A stretch of DNA of 63,013 bases, counting the filler, from Chiloscyllium plagiosum (Eukaryota): NCBI RefSeq assembly GCF_004010195.1. It is 4 parts of one record of this genome, joined end to end, with 100 filler letters (N's around TTAATTAATTAA, not from the genome) between each part and the next. Parts side by side here need not be neighbours in the genome. Positions count along the whole stretch, not along the records: positions 14,584 to 43,056 come from NC_057710.1; 3 more parts are not named here. The stretch is one strand, 5' to 3'. Under the pieces are notes generated by a model. The model saw only the letters and a list, made by a program, of their open reading frames with translations, was not told where the DNA came from and ran no database searches. Position numbers and translations under genes: made by a program. Below are positions 23,891 to 37,184 of the stretch, piece by piece. The stretch's first letter is position 1, and every line of letters starts with the position of its first letter.

Positions 23891-24399
23891 TGATATTTCA
23901 GCAAAAGGGAATTTATGAAGTGGTGAAAGTTACTTCAACTATCACGGGCTTAGAAATAAACTGAAACATGACCTGGAATAAAATCAGGTAACAACTTTGA
24001 ACAAAAACAGAAATTTCTGGAAAACTTCAGCAGATATGGCAATGTCTGTGAAGAGAAAGCAGAGTCAATGTTTTGGGGCCAGTGACCCTTCAGAACTCAA
24101 ATAATTTTGAACAATAGTCAATAACTTGCAATAAAAGTAACTTTATGTTCTCTTTCTTCCAAATGTCCAATTCCTGGTCTTTTTTGAGTTGGTTACTTTT
24201 GCCTATTTTTAATGGTGTCACGAATGGTTAGGGCATGAAAGGACAACTGAATCAACTGATGTCCCATTCCTGGTAGCTACTCATCAATTGTTATGTGCAA
24301 ATATCAGGTGACAATAGGATCAACACAACTCTGTTGACCATTGTGGATGAACAGCCTGGTGAAAATGCATGGAGGCTGGTCATATTTCATACATTGTCA

Positions 24400-25285
24400 G
24401 GAATACTTTGAGGAGTTAACAAGCCTGATAGATAAAGCGATATTAGTCGATGTGATATATTTGGATTTCCAAAAGTTGTTTGATTAAGCTAAGACTTCAT
24501 GATGTTGAGATTAGCATATAAGCAGGGACTAACTAATAGAAGACAGAGTTGGGGAAAGGGGGACATTTTCAGGTTGGCAACCTGTAACTAGTGTAGTGTC
24601 ACAGGGATCAGTGTAGGGACAACAATTATTTACAATATACATTAATGACTTGGAAAAGGAAGTGAATGTATTATTGCCAGATTGGCAGATGACACAAAAA
24701 TAGATCAGAATGCAATTGTGAGGTTGCCACAAATAGACAGGTTAAGTGAATAAGCTTAAATTCCATTGATTGGAATTGGGAGCTAGAATATAATGTGAGG
24801 TTATGCACTTTGGCAGAAAGAATAGAGGAGCTGAATATTATTTAAATATTAAATTGGAGAAAGATTGCATAACACTGCACCAATAGAGGTCTGTAGAGAC
24901 TGCATTGTTAAATATATTCAATGCTAAGGTAGACATTCTTAATCAGTAAGGGAATCATGGGTGACAAAGAAAGTAGAATGGAAGATTATCAGATCAAGTC
25001 ACAGTTTTTGGATAAGAGGTAACAGATTTAAAACAGAGGTGAGAAGGAAATACTTCCTTCAAAGAGTCATGAATCTGTGGAATTCACTACTCCAGAGTGT
25101 GATAGATGCCAGGACACTGAGTGAAATTAACAAGACAGACAGGTTTTAAACAGTAATAGATTGAAGTGATAGAGAGAGTGGGAGGAAAGTGGAGTTGAGG
25201 CTGAGATGAAATCAGCCATGATCACATCCAATGGCATAGCAAGCTCAAGGGACTGAATTGCCTACTGACTGAGTTCTTATGTTTG
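24400..25285 (+). mobile_element. Decayed CR1 RT and 3' fragments
   Basis: DVIYLDFQK-like, QGSV and RGNRFKTEVRRKYF motifs, plus the 'atcagccatgatc' 3'UTR motif. Confidence 0.82.
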
Positions 25286-25605
25286 TTATTATGAGTCAGA
25301 ATTCTTAGGATAGGAAGTGGGAAACTAGGAACAGTAAAATTTTCTTTAAAAATTAACTCTGTACTTCAGCTCACTGAAATGCCTAATTACTCATTCAATA
25401 TATTAGCTGATATCGTAATAGTTTGACTCAAGTATTTACAGGTTACGAAAATGTATCAATATCAACATCAAACCAAATAAACATCATCAAAATATACAGT
25501 AAACATGTTTATCCAGATACATAGATGACAAAGGACTTTCCCTACTCTTGGGAGCAGGGATGAATACACCTAGTTTAATCAAACAAGTTGTTGACCCTCT
25601 AATGT

Positions 25606-26055
25606 GTGGTTTGGTTCATGTGGCAATGGAGGAGACCGGACCTCCCAGTCACCACCCATTTTCATTCCACTTCCCATTCCCTTTCTGACATGACTGTCCT
25701 TGGCCTTCTCCATTGCCACAATAAACCAAACAGCAAATTGGAGGAACAACACCTCATCTTCCTCCTGGACATCCTACAGCCTGGAGGACTTAACATTGAG
25801 TTCTCCAATTTCAAATAACCTCCCTTCCCATCCTTGACTCCCAGTCCCTCCTACTCCCTTCATTTCCTCCCTGCCACCAACCGGATTCATTCCTCCCATT
25901 GACTAACCAGCTCTACCTGTCCCCACTTCACCACCCTGCCCCGCTAAACCCTTCATCTGCCATTCCATCCCTAGTCCTGAAGAAAGGTTACACACAAAAT
26001 GTCAACTTCTGCACCTCCCGATGCTGCCTGGCTTGCTGTATTCTCCCAGCCTCCT
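25606..26055 (+). mobile_element. Penelope-like GIY-YIG C-terminus and 3' tail
   Basis: PVTTHFHSTSHSLSDMTVLGLLHC...KLEEQHLIFLL..LQPGGLNIEFSNF*, followed by a degenerate hammerhead/pLTR tail like 1-226. Confidence 0.82.
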
Positions 26056-26074
26056 GCCTCTCTACTTTTATATC

Positions 26075-26660
26075 TCAGGGTCTGGAGTACAAAAGTTAGG
26101 AAGTACAAGATGCTGGAGTGCTGTGAACAGTTTTATTTAAAAAGGTATTGTTTCATTGGAGGCAGTTCAGATAACATTCACGAGGATGATCCCTGATGTG
26201 GAGGGATTGCCTTATGAGCAAAGGGTAATCAAATTGGACTCTACTCGTTGGAGTTCAGAAGTGTTTGAGATGATCTCATTGGAACATATAGGATTACTGG
26301 GGGCTTGACAGGGTAAATGCCGAAAAGGATGTTTTATCTCGTGGGAGAGTCCAGGATCAGAGGGCATAGTTTCAGAATAAAGAAGCACCAATTAAAAATT
26401 GAGATGAGAAATTCTTCTCTCAGAGATTTTGGAATTCCTTGCTATAGAGAGCTATTGGGGGGGGGGCAGTGCCCTTGTGTATATTTAAGGCTAAGATAGA
26501 TAGATAGATTCTTGATCAGTAGGGGAATCTAGGGTTATAGCAAAAGGGCAGGAAAGTGAATGTGAATGTGTGTCAAGTCAGTCATGATCATATTGAATGT
26601 TGGAACAGACTCAAGGGGCCGAATGGTCTTCTCATATTCCTATTTCTTATGTTCTTACAG
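26075..26660 (+). mobile_element. CR1 LINE 3' end
   Basis: GESRIRGHSFRI..., 'tcatgatcatattgaatg' 3'UTR motif and ttcttatg tail. Confidence 0.85.
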
Positions 26661-29600
26661 AAGGCATAAAGGTCTGTCAAAGTTCAGTTTATATTGAGTG
26701 TTCACACAAAAATAACATCTTTGTTGGTTTTGTTATTGGTCCATTGGAGTAACTGTTTAATTAGAGTAAATTTACAGATTGTTAGTTTCCTATTCGATGC
26801 CACTATCCAATTGTTTGTAGCCTCAGCTGCGTTCTGGTGGAGTGTTTGGCCTTTCACATAACAATGTTTTGCAAACTAAGTGGTATCCTCTCATTTGGCT
26901 CTGGATTTATTCCATTTACTTGAATATAGGGCAAATAAATGTTAGATTGAGATTTTGACAGTCAGGTACTAGTTTAGAAGTGTAGATTCTGGGTGTGAGA
27001 GGAGGCAGAAATGGACCGTATACACTGACTGATTGGGCTGAATGACACATTTATGTGTTGTATATATTATGTGATTTTATGTAACTGAAAGAAGTTCTGG
27101 CATGAAAATCCAAGAACATACATTCAACTAAGGGAACACTTCAAGAGAAAAGTGATGGGAGTGATGGAGAAAATAGGGGACATGATTTAGGAATTGGTAA
27201 CAAATGCTGGCTTTGCCATATGAATGTCCGCATGAAAGAACAAATAAATTAAGAATACAAACAATCTCTCAGAATTCTTGTGGTGTAGTGATAGTGTCAC
27301 TTACCTCTATGGGAGAAGGCCTGGATTCAAGTCTCATCTCTCAGAGGTGTAATTATATACTTGAACAGTTTGACTAAAAGCTATTGACAGTGTCCATTCA
27401 GTAAAACATCACTATTCTAAAGGGATTTTTTGGAACAAATTTGGAACTACAGTTTTGTTAGCTGAATGTTGAACTACCCTCCTCCAATGACATTGGGCTG
27501 GATATTGTGTTCAGTGACAAAGATATAGCATTCACTTCTAAACTTTAAGGAAGCTGCCCATAAAAAATCGATTCATCTCTTTGACATTGATTTTCCTTTG
27601 CCCAACATTAGTTTAAGTCTGGTACCTTGCTGAGGGAATCTCCAGGTTTGGATCAAAAGTGATGTCATTAAGCAAGGTAAGTCGTATAGTATTCTCACAG
27701 ATAGTGACTTGAAGCCTGAAATTTTACTTTTAATTATAAATGTTACAGCAGCAAAGTGAATGAAATAGAATTAAGGTTAAAGATGAAATATCGTAAACAA
27801 TATTTTACTATTTCCTTTAAATTACAATGAAAATGTCTTCCACAAATATAAAATTGGATTTCAGGTTCAGAGAGGGTGTTCTGCAGGAAATATGAACTTA
27901 ACACACCATTAAAAAATATGGTAGCATCTCGTTTAACAAGGAGTACCATTTGAAGAGATTTTACAGTGAAACAATAGCATAAAAGAGTAAGTTTTCTTTA
28001 ACTCAGTAATTTTGAATTGACTGCCGTTTGTAAATACATCAATAGTGCATCCTGTGGAAATAAATAAATAATTGACAGTAATTCTCAGACCTCTGTGTTT
28101 ATCTGCAAACTCCAGAAAAGGCTGACAGTTTCTGTGAGGTACCGACAGCAAATTCTTAGTTTCATCAACAATACAATTGAAAAGTTTGAGTTTTTTGTTC
28201 ATTTGTAGGACATGGGCTTCACTGCTAGCCAACATTTATTACTGTTCCTTAGTTTCCCTTGAGAAAGTGGTGTTGAGCTGCATTTTTGAACTGCTGCAGT
28301 CCACATTGATCCATAATGGCACAAGGGGGTTCCAGGATTTTGACCCAGTGACACTGAAGGAACGGCAACAAATTTCCAAGTCAGGATGGTGAATGGCTTG
28401 GAGAGGAACTTGCAGGTGAAGGTGTTCCCATGTATCTGCCACCATGACCTTCTAGGAAGTGGTTGTGCGTTTGAATGGTGGTGTCTAAGAATCTTTAATG
28501 AATTTGTGCATCTCATAAATGGTACATACTGGTGTTGGTCGGAGAGAAGAAACAACCTAAACATTGCTACTTGAGATTGAATGGTTTTATCCTCATAGAA
28601 TTCCTAATTATCAACATCCTGAGGATTACCACTGACCAGAATCTAGATTTGTCAGATAAATACAGTGGCTACAAGAGCAAATCAGAAGCTAGGAGTATTT
28701 CGGTGAGTAGTCAGGAATGTGATGGAATATTCCCCATTTGCCTGGTTGAACACAACTCCAGCAACACTTAAGAAGCTTGACACCATCTAGAATAAAGCAC
28801 TCGACTTGATTAGCACCACATCTAGAAGCCCCTACTCCCTCATTCATATGTGATTTGACAGATTACAATTGAGATTTAAAGCATGAGATTTGAGCAAGCA
28901 TAGCTTCAAGTAGTTTTTGAGAGCTTCGAGAATAAAATTGAGCTATGAGGATTATTCCAAATATTAGGAATTTTAATTATGAGGTAAAAGATAAAGGAAT
29001 TTCACTTTTGTTTGGAAAGTAGACTCTAATGTAATACAATTCCATTTTTAAGATTACGAGAAGATACAAGATAAAAGAATCAAGTAGAAATGAACATATG
29101 ACTATGATTGGAAAAGTAGAAGAAAGGTCAGGCACATCTTTTCACTCAAAATTGTGGACCAAGTTATATATTATGAGGCACTAGATGAGATTTCTGGAGA
29201 GAGAAAGGACTGAGCAATTTAGTGAAAAAAATCAAGCAAATACATTGCAAATAAACAGCCTTAATTGGGACAAATGTTTTTCTTTTGTAGTAAAAGCTAT
29301 TATAGGGTCAGTCTTTCCTTTCTGCGTAAGTCCAAGTTCAATTGAGTTTTTGGAGGGTTTTTAGTCATAAAGCCGAGTGAATGTTCTTGCCATAGACTGT
29401 CATACAGCACAGAAGAGGATCTTCAGCTCATCAAGTCTGCACTGACCTATCTACACTACTCCCATTTGTCAGCAATTGGCCATAGCTTTGAATGTTATAA
29501 CATTCAAGTGCTCATCCACATACTTTTTATAGATTATGAGGCTTCCTGCCTCTGTTATCCTTCCAGGCATATTTTACCAAACTCACCTACTCTGTTTCTG

Positions 29601-29789
29601 CATTCTGGACCCATCTTACCAAGTGCCATTTCCAGAACAACTTGTCACTCAACAGATATCCTAGAATTCCTCATCATCTCTTGCATCCATGCCATCTTTA
29701 AAAGCCCATTGTGTATCCAGTTAAGCTCTTGTCAGTCAGAGCTGCATTCCTGACATTTGCCCTGGACATGGCAGTCAGGGGAATCAGTG

Positions 29790-29990
29790 TCCCACTATGC
29801 AGGCCATGAACTGGAGGTTCTGCTGGATGAAATGGTGCACATGAGGGACATCCTTTTTCCCCAGCACTTAGGAGTGAAAGCCACAACACCAGACCATACC
29901 AGTCTAGTTTAAGGTTGCCACCCAGCTCATTGCTGTCTCATGAAGGCAATGTAGGAGGAAGTTCACCAACCTTCTCCACTCCGCCACCAT
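29790..29990 (+). mobile_element. Decayed PIF/Harbinger-type Myb/SANT protein fragment
   Basis: Remnant peptide RDILFP...KVATQLIAVS*RQCRRKFTNLLHSA, resembling the trihelix QCRKK(W/F)xDL motif. Confidence 0.5.
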
Positions 29991-30370
29991 CTTCTCTCTG
30001 ATTACCTCACACTCATTTTATCTCTGCTACTTTACTCACCTCCTATTGAGGTTCATGCTCTACCACACTTATTTATGCCTGCAACACTTCCCCTCATTCC
30101 CTATCACCAACCCTAAATCTGACACCACTAATCTTTTGTGCCCTCAGAGCTGCCTACTCACTCACTCAGGGCACCTGCTCACTTGCAACACAAGTAACAG
30201 CAGTGCCACCCACTTTAATTTCTGTAAATACCTGCTTCTCTCTCATTTAAAGAAAGAAGGAGCATACAATAGGGCAGACAGATTCAAGACAGGTAATGGG
30301 CTGCCCAACATTGAGCTCCTCACCCCTTATGTGAAAAGCATTCTGAATTTTACCACCCCAAAAGGCAGGT

Positions 30371-30778
30371 AACTATAGGCCAGTTAGCTTAACATCTGTA
30401 GTCAGGAAAATGCTGGAGACTATCATTAAAGAAGAAATAGTGAGACAACTGGATAGAAAGGGTTCCATTAGGCAGATGCAGCATGGATTCAGGAAGGGAA
30501 GGTCGTGTTTGACAAACTGACTGGAATTCTTTGAGGATGTAACAAGCCCGGTGGATGGAGGGGAACAGGTGGCTGATGTATTCTTGGATTTCCAGAAGGC
30601 TTTCAATAAGCTGCTGCATAAAAGATTCATCCATAAGGTAATGCATGGAGTGGCAGGGAATGTATTAGCATGGATAGATGACTGGTTAACCAATAGAAAA
30701 CAGAGAGTTGGGATAAATGGGTGTTTCTAAGGTGGGCGGGGTGCCAGGGGTCAGTGTTGAACCCGCAACTGTTCATAA
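30371..30778 (+). mobile_element. CR1 RT fragment
   Basis: NYRPVSLTSVV, QHGFRKGRSCLTN, LEFFEDVT, LDFQKAF. Confidence 0.9.
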
Positions 30779-33409
30779 GAGGAACCTGATGGACTATAAC
30801 CTGGTGCTGTGTGGTTTTCAACTTTGTCCATCCCATTCCAATACCAGCACCTCCAAATATGTTTAAAATATTGATATGTATTGAAATCTTTGGATAAAAG
30901 AATTTCCAAATTTATAAGCTTTTCAGGACAACCGTAATTAATAAAAAGACATTATAACTTAGATGTTCATGTTCACAGGATTGTAAACTATTCCCTTTTG
31001 GAGATCTCTGGCTTTGCATCATGGAGATCACTATGTAATCATTATAGATAGCCAATGTAGGAAGTTTTCTGTTTTTAATAGGGGCAGTTATTGTTAGATA
31101 GGAACAAGCATCTTATATGTTACATTTTGGTCTGAGTTTGACAATTTTTCTTCATTGAATGTGAGCATCAGCCATGATCATACTAAATGGCTGAACAAGT
31201 TTGATGGGCTGAATGGCCTATTCTTGTTATTGCTCCCATTAATAGCAAGATCGACATTTTATTGTTTATCTCATAGAAACCTAGAAAAATTCTAACAGAA
31301 CTAGACATAATAAAGGCAGGAAGAATGTCTCCAATGACTGAGGAGCCCAGAGCTGGGGTCACAGTTTTGGGATTTGGTGTAGGCCATTTTTGACTGAGAT
31401 AAGGATTAATGTCTTTAGCCAGAGAGTGATGAGCCTGTGAAATTCTCTGCCACTGAAAACAGTTGAAGCCAAAACATTGAATGTTTTCAAGGAGTTAAAT
31501 ATAGTTCTTCAGGTTAAATGGATAAAGGAGATGGGGAGAAATAATGAATAGAGTACTGAGTTGGATGATTAGCCATGATCACATTGAATGGCAGAGAGGC
31601 TTTAAGGGCCTATACCTGCTCTTATTCTCTATGTTTCTATTTCTTGAAAATGTGGTGGTGAGCCACTCTTGCACATTGGTATCCTTATCTAATAACATTC
31701 ACTGTGCTGTTAGGGAGGGAGTTTCAGAATAATTCGATAATTTAATTTTTTTTGAGGAAGATTTTATTTCAGGAGCTAGGAGTAAAGAAAAATAATGTAT
31801 TGGAAGAGTGCAAAAACATCTTTGAGAGTATAATTGGAGAAATGAAGGAGGGGGTATATTTCAAATTCTGCACTTCCTATTACCGTCAAGGGATCTATTC
31901 ACAAGCATTATGAGGAGATATGATTCACATGAAGGATAACACTATTACAGAAAGTACCCTTGCACAGAGAATGATTGGAAATTAGAATTCTTGTCACAAA
32001 CTATTACTGAAGCAATATCCAGAAATTCTTCAAAAAGTGAATTACATGGTTACATTAAAAAGGACTGTCAAAACAGCATAGGAGCATAAAAAGCCTGAGG
32101 TTCGCTAGTTGTTATGTGAAGAAGTCTTGTCAGAGGCTTGAAAGGCCAAGTCACTTCCTTTTGTACCATAGCATTCTATGATCCATTGTGTAGTGTCCAC
32201 ACATGAATCACAAAAAACGTCATGTTCATTTTGTACATGGTAACACTCGCAATCTCTTTCTCTGAATGTTCTCCAAATTTTTCTCGAATCATTGGGAATT
32301 AGAAAATGTGATATTGCACTTTCATACAAATAAACAGTCAAACTGAGTCTTAAAACTAAAATGAAGAACACTTGCTTAGTGTTCCATTCTTGTAAGCATT
32401 ATATTCATTAGTTTAGGCAGAGTAAATTGTGATAGGCAGCAATACATTACAAAGGTTTGGTTAGATCAATAAGCAGACTGTGACAGACGAAGTTCAATGC
32501 GGGCAGTGTGAGCTCATCCACATGTAGAAAAACACATCAGAATTGTTCTTAATGGTGAGAAACGTAGTATAAAGGAATTTCCCATATGAACAAATAACAA
32601 AATCTTGCATGTATACAAAAAAGTAATCAAAATGTAAATAAAAGGTGTGTAATTATCTTAAAGTCATGGAATTCATAAATGAGCTGTACAGAGCCTTAAC
32701 TCTAGTTGGAGGACTGCATTCAGTTTTGGTTAGTGACTGTTAGAGAAACTGTTAGGTGGAGTTATGTTTATCTTGCATTTTGAATTAAAGACTCAATTTT
32801 ACAACTAAAAGATAGTTCAAGAAATGTACTGAAACTGGTAGCATTTGGAGAATGTCATAAACGCAGTCAAATATAGAAGACTGATTCTTGACTGTTAGGA
32901 TAGTTTAGTAAGTGCTAACCTTTAAATGGATACGTCTATCTGGTGGACAACTATATGTTTATCTATTTAAAAGTACAGAAAAAGATAAAGTTGTGTTATG
33001 CACTGAAACTGTACTGCAGAACCTTTTGTTGATTAGTACCACAAGACAGTAAGCTTTCAAAATGTTGAATTCATGGCACCTGATGAAAACCAGGATAAAG
33101 ACTGTGATAGAAAAAGAGGCAGCAAAAGATAAAATGATGTGATTGTCATAGGAAGATAGATAAAGATTGGTGGTTGACCATCCTAGAGCTTGGCTCCAGC
33201 AACTATAAAATGAGGTCTCCATCAGCCTTCATATTCCTGTGTGTATGGATAACATTCTTTACAAAACATTCTGTGAGTGAAGACTTTAAGTTTAGAAATC
33301 TTGTTCTGTTGGACAGCAATAACAGCTCTAAACTTTGTCTCAATGGCACACTTTTAACATAACCTCAAGAAAGATATGTTTGGAGGGAGAACAGCTCACA
33401 TTCACCAGA

Positions 33410-33958
33410 ATAGAAAAATAGAAACATAGAAGAGAGGAGCAGGAGTAGGCCATTTGGCCCTTCGAGCCTGCTCTGCCATTCATCACGATCATGGCTGATT
33501 GTCCAACTCAGTAACCTAATCCTGCTTTTTCCCAATAACCTTTGATCCGATTCACCCCAAGTGGAATATCTAGCCGCCTCTTGAATACATTAAATGTTTT
33601 GGCATCAACTACCTCCTGTGGTAATGAATTCCAAAGGCTCGCCACTCTTTGGGTGAAGAAATGTGTCCTCATCTCTGTCCTAAATGGTCCACCCTGAATC
33701 CTCAGACTGTGATCCTTAGTTCTGGACATTGGGAACATCCTCCTTGCATGTAGTCCTGTTAGAATTTTATAAGTCTCTATGAGATCTCCCTTCATTCATC
33801 TGAACTCCAGTGAAAACCGTTCTAACCTAGTCAATCTCTCCTCATATGCCAGTCCCAGCATTCCTAGAATCAGCCTGGTAAACCTCCACTGCACTCCCTT
33901 AGAGCAAAAGCATCCTTCCTCAGAAAAGGAAACCAAAATTGCACACATGATTCCAGGA
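33410..33958 (-). mobile_element. CR1 LINE 3' end
   Basis: MKGDLIETYKIL...FRTEMRTHFFTQRV..LWNSLP. Confidence 0.9.
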
Positions 33959-35107
33959 TTTAGAGGGTTGAATTATTAGGAGAGTTTGCTTAAATGTGGC
34001 TTATACCATCTTGAAATTTTAATTTTTCCAGAGTGATCTAATATAATTAAAGGATTTAATACTGATCATACAGACTAACTTCCCTTGGGTGAGGAAATGC
34101 AGAGCAGGAGGGAATAATTTTAAGATTAGCTTAAGGGCATGTAAAAAGTGAGATCAAAAGCGCTGGTCACACATCATGTGGTGGAAACCTGTAATCAGCT
34201 CCAACTAAATGGACACTGGCTCAACTGATCTTTTCAATACTGAGAGCAATAAATCTTTGCTGGGGAATGATATCAAGATACGTAGAACAAAGGCAGTAAA
34301 ATGGAGTCAAGGTGGAGATCAGCCATGATTTAATTGAACAGTTACACCAGGCTAAACAGCTGACTGGCTAAATCTTGTTCTTATTATCCACAGTTTTGAA
34401 AAATACGAGTTCAAAATACACCATTTTAGTGATTGTAGTAATGAGATTAAATATTAATTTAAATTACAAAGTATAGTTCCCCTACAGTGAATAGGGAGAA
34501 GATATTTGCACAGGTGCATACATATAGAAATACAATAAAATGTTCAAATATTAGCCATTTATAATCAGAAATAATCCAATTCCTTCATTTACAAATTTCT
34601 GACTAACCTGTGGGTATTTTTAGTTAAATAAATAAAACCAAACACAAATCTAGTAACTTAACCAATGATACACCAATGAGAAAACCTTGATATTTACTTC
34701 AATAACTGGGCTAATGTTGTTACCCTTTTTAATGCCCAAGCAAACTCGTCAGAGTTACTGAAGAAAAAGGAGTCATAAGAAGTACATTATAGTAGAAAAA
34801 TAATTACAACACTTCTCCCACAAAACATCAGCAAAGGAAAACTATTTCAAGTTTGTGTAGGCTACAGTACGCAACTTCTTTGGATTTTGTTTTGTTTAAA
34901 TACATTTACTTTATATAATAGATCAACTTCAAGATCATTCAATGGTCTGTAAAATTATTTATCCAAAGCTATTAATACAAATTTAACACGTAAAGTTCAA
35001 TGTGGATTTTAGTTTCAATTTCATCTTCAGAAAGTACACATCAAACTATAGAATGACATTTCTTTGTGCAAGTCAATAATTATCATTTTTGTCACCCTTT
35101 TATTTCT

Positions 35108-35744
35108 TTAATTACTTGCCTCCTGAATAGATGGCGTAGGGTTAAATTGCATGCCCCATGGATCACTTGTTGAATAGTATTGTTGGGGTAGATGAGAAAA
35201 AGTATTATTGTGAGACAGGGTAAAAGCAAAGATGCTTCTGTCCCTTTCATCTATGATATGGTTTCCATTCAACATACTAGGTGTGGGGTTTTCTCTTTCC
35301 TTTACTGCTGCTTCATTCAAGAAGATCTTGGAATTTTGAACATTTCCATGGAAGTTCTTCCCTGTGTTGCCTGGATCGAACTTGTTTGCATTTAGAAGCC
35401 TATCCTCTTGTCTTGGTGGGATACTGGTACTATTTTCATTGGAATGTGTGCTCTGAGATGGGCCACCCTGTGCATAGAGGAGGCTAGCAGAGTGCCAGGC
35501 AGCAGGTCTGCGGCCCCGACGAGGTCTTGGCAGGCGACAACTCTGCCTCTTGATGTGTCTGTGCAGGTGGTCAGAACGAGTGAAACTCTTGTAGCAATGT
35601 ACACATTGGTATGGACGGATTCCTGTGTGTATCCGTAAGTGATTCTTTAAGTCATAGTTGTGCACAAACCTGGCATTGCAATGAATACATGTGTATGGTC
35701 TCTCCCCAGTATGCTTGCGCATGTGAATCTTTAGCTTGTCTTGT
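35108..35744 (-). CDS. ZBTB7C: Terminal coding exon of ZBTB7C (C2H2 zinc fingers and C-terminus)
   Basis: Acceptor tttcctctgttttcag|A CAA GAC AAG gives (R)[81 protein letters not shown]. This matches my recollection of ZBTB7C rather than 7A/7B. Ends EASN*. Confidence 0.92.
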
Positions 35745-37184
35745 CTGAAAACAGAGGAAATAACATGACATCACAGAGGGAAATGCAGTGTATTAGAACA
35801 TGGTCTGTGTTGACTGAGCCAAATTATTTTAGCTTAGATAGCTATACGCTTCTACAATATCTTCAATCCTTGTGAGAGAGCTCCTCTCCCACCAATGCTG
35901 TCCAGTAAGTCAAACTGAAAAGCTTTTCACATTGGATACTGAGCAGAATTGGATACTCATCAAAATGATCTGAAGAACATAGGATTCTAAAGTGTTTCGC
36001 TCAGCACATTTCTACTGATGAGTGTTAAAAATTTATTCCCTTCAATTTTGAGTTGTATAAGTTGGTACTGTCGCAAATAGTTTGAGCATCTTACTTTTAT
36101 CAGAGAAGAATATGGTTAAATCCCATAGGTCAGGTTAATGTACTGTACCCAAAACTAACATCTACTCTGCATAAGCAAAATCCTAATGAAAGGTCAAGGC
36201 AATGCACAGAAGCAACCTCCTGTTCTTTTTTGAACAGTGCAAATGAAATTTAGCATCTACAAGAACAACTGGAAGTGGCAGATGAGGATTTAGTCTTGGG
36301 TTTTATTCAAAGAAGGATACAGTAGTTCTTCAGTGTGTACTAGACTACCAGCTTAAATTATGTACTCAAGTTTCATGGGGCTCTAACCATCAACCTTCTC
36401 ATCTAAAAGTCAAAGTCCTACCAACTAAATTATCTTCATTACCAAAAAAAGTTCACTAACAAGAGGTAAAAGCCAGTAATCCAAATAGTTTGCAGTCTCC
36501 AAATTTGACTGAAGCCTATTTGTGAACTTTATTGAGGACTGGTATGTGTTATTGCAATTCAGAAGCATCACTTGGAATAGTTAAAATGAAGATATTCCAA
36601 TATTCAGGTGTCCCTTTTTAGGAAACAAAATGTAAATGCCGTTTCAACTAGAGGGAAGCAGCAATAGATCAATGACCTGCATCCAGTAGAGGAAACAGTC
36701 CAGTCTACATGATAGATATAAAATTATATAATAAAAAGCAAACTCATCATTCTGCCACACTGTCAGATAGAAAGACAACTGATAGTGAGTTTAACCTGAA
36801 GGTCATTAGTTATCTCAGGAAAGCTTGAGAAGGCAGGACTTCCATGGTGACGTCAGCTGGTGAGACAATTGAATCCCTGCATCATTCTAAACTGCGGCTG
36901 GGCTGGGGGAAATATGTTGGGGAAGAAAGGTGATTAATTCTGCTTTTGGCAAAGGAAGCTAAAATTTGGTGGCTTGCAACCCAAACAAAAATAAAACACT
37001 AGCTGGAGTCTTAGCAGTGCCAGAAAATGGAAGTATTTGGCAGTCAAAACAATCGAGCTTGCGCATGCTCAAAAGCAGAAAAGATCTCACACTTGTAAGC
37101 TTCAATGAAAAATTCTTTACAGTATTTTTTGTAATAAGTACAATTACAGGCAGGTGTCACCCAAAGCTTCAATTGATGTAAAAC

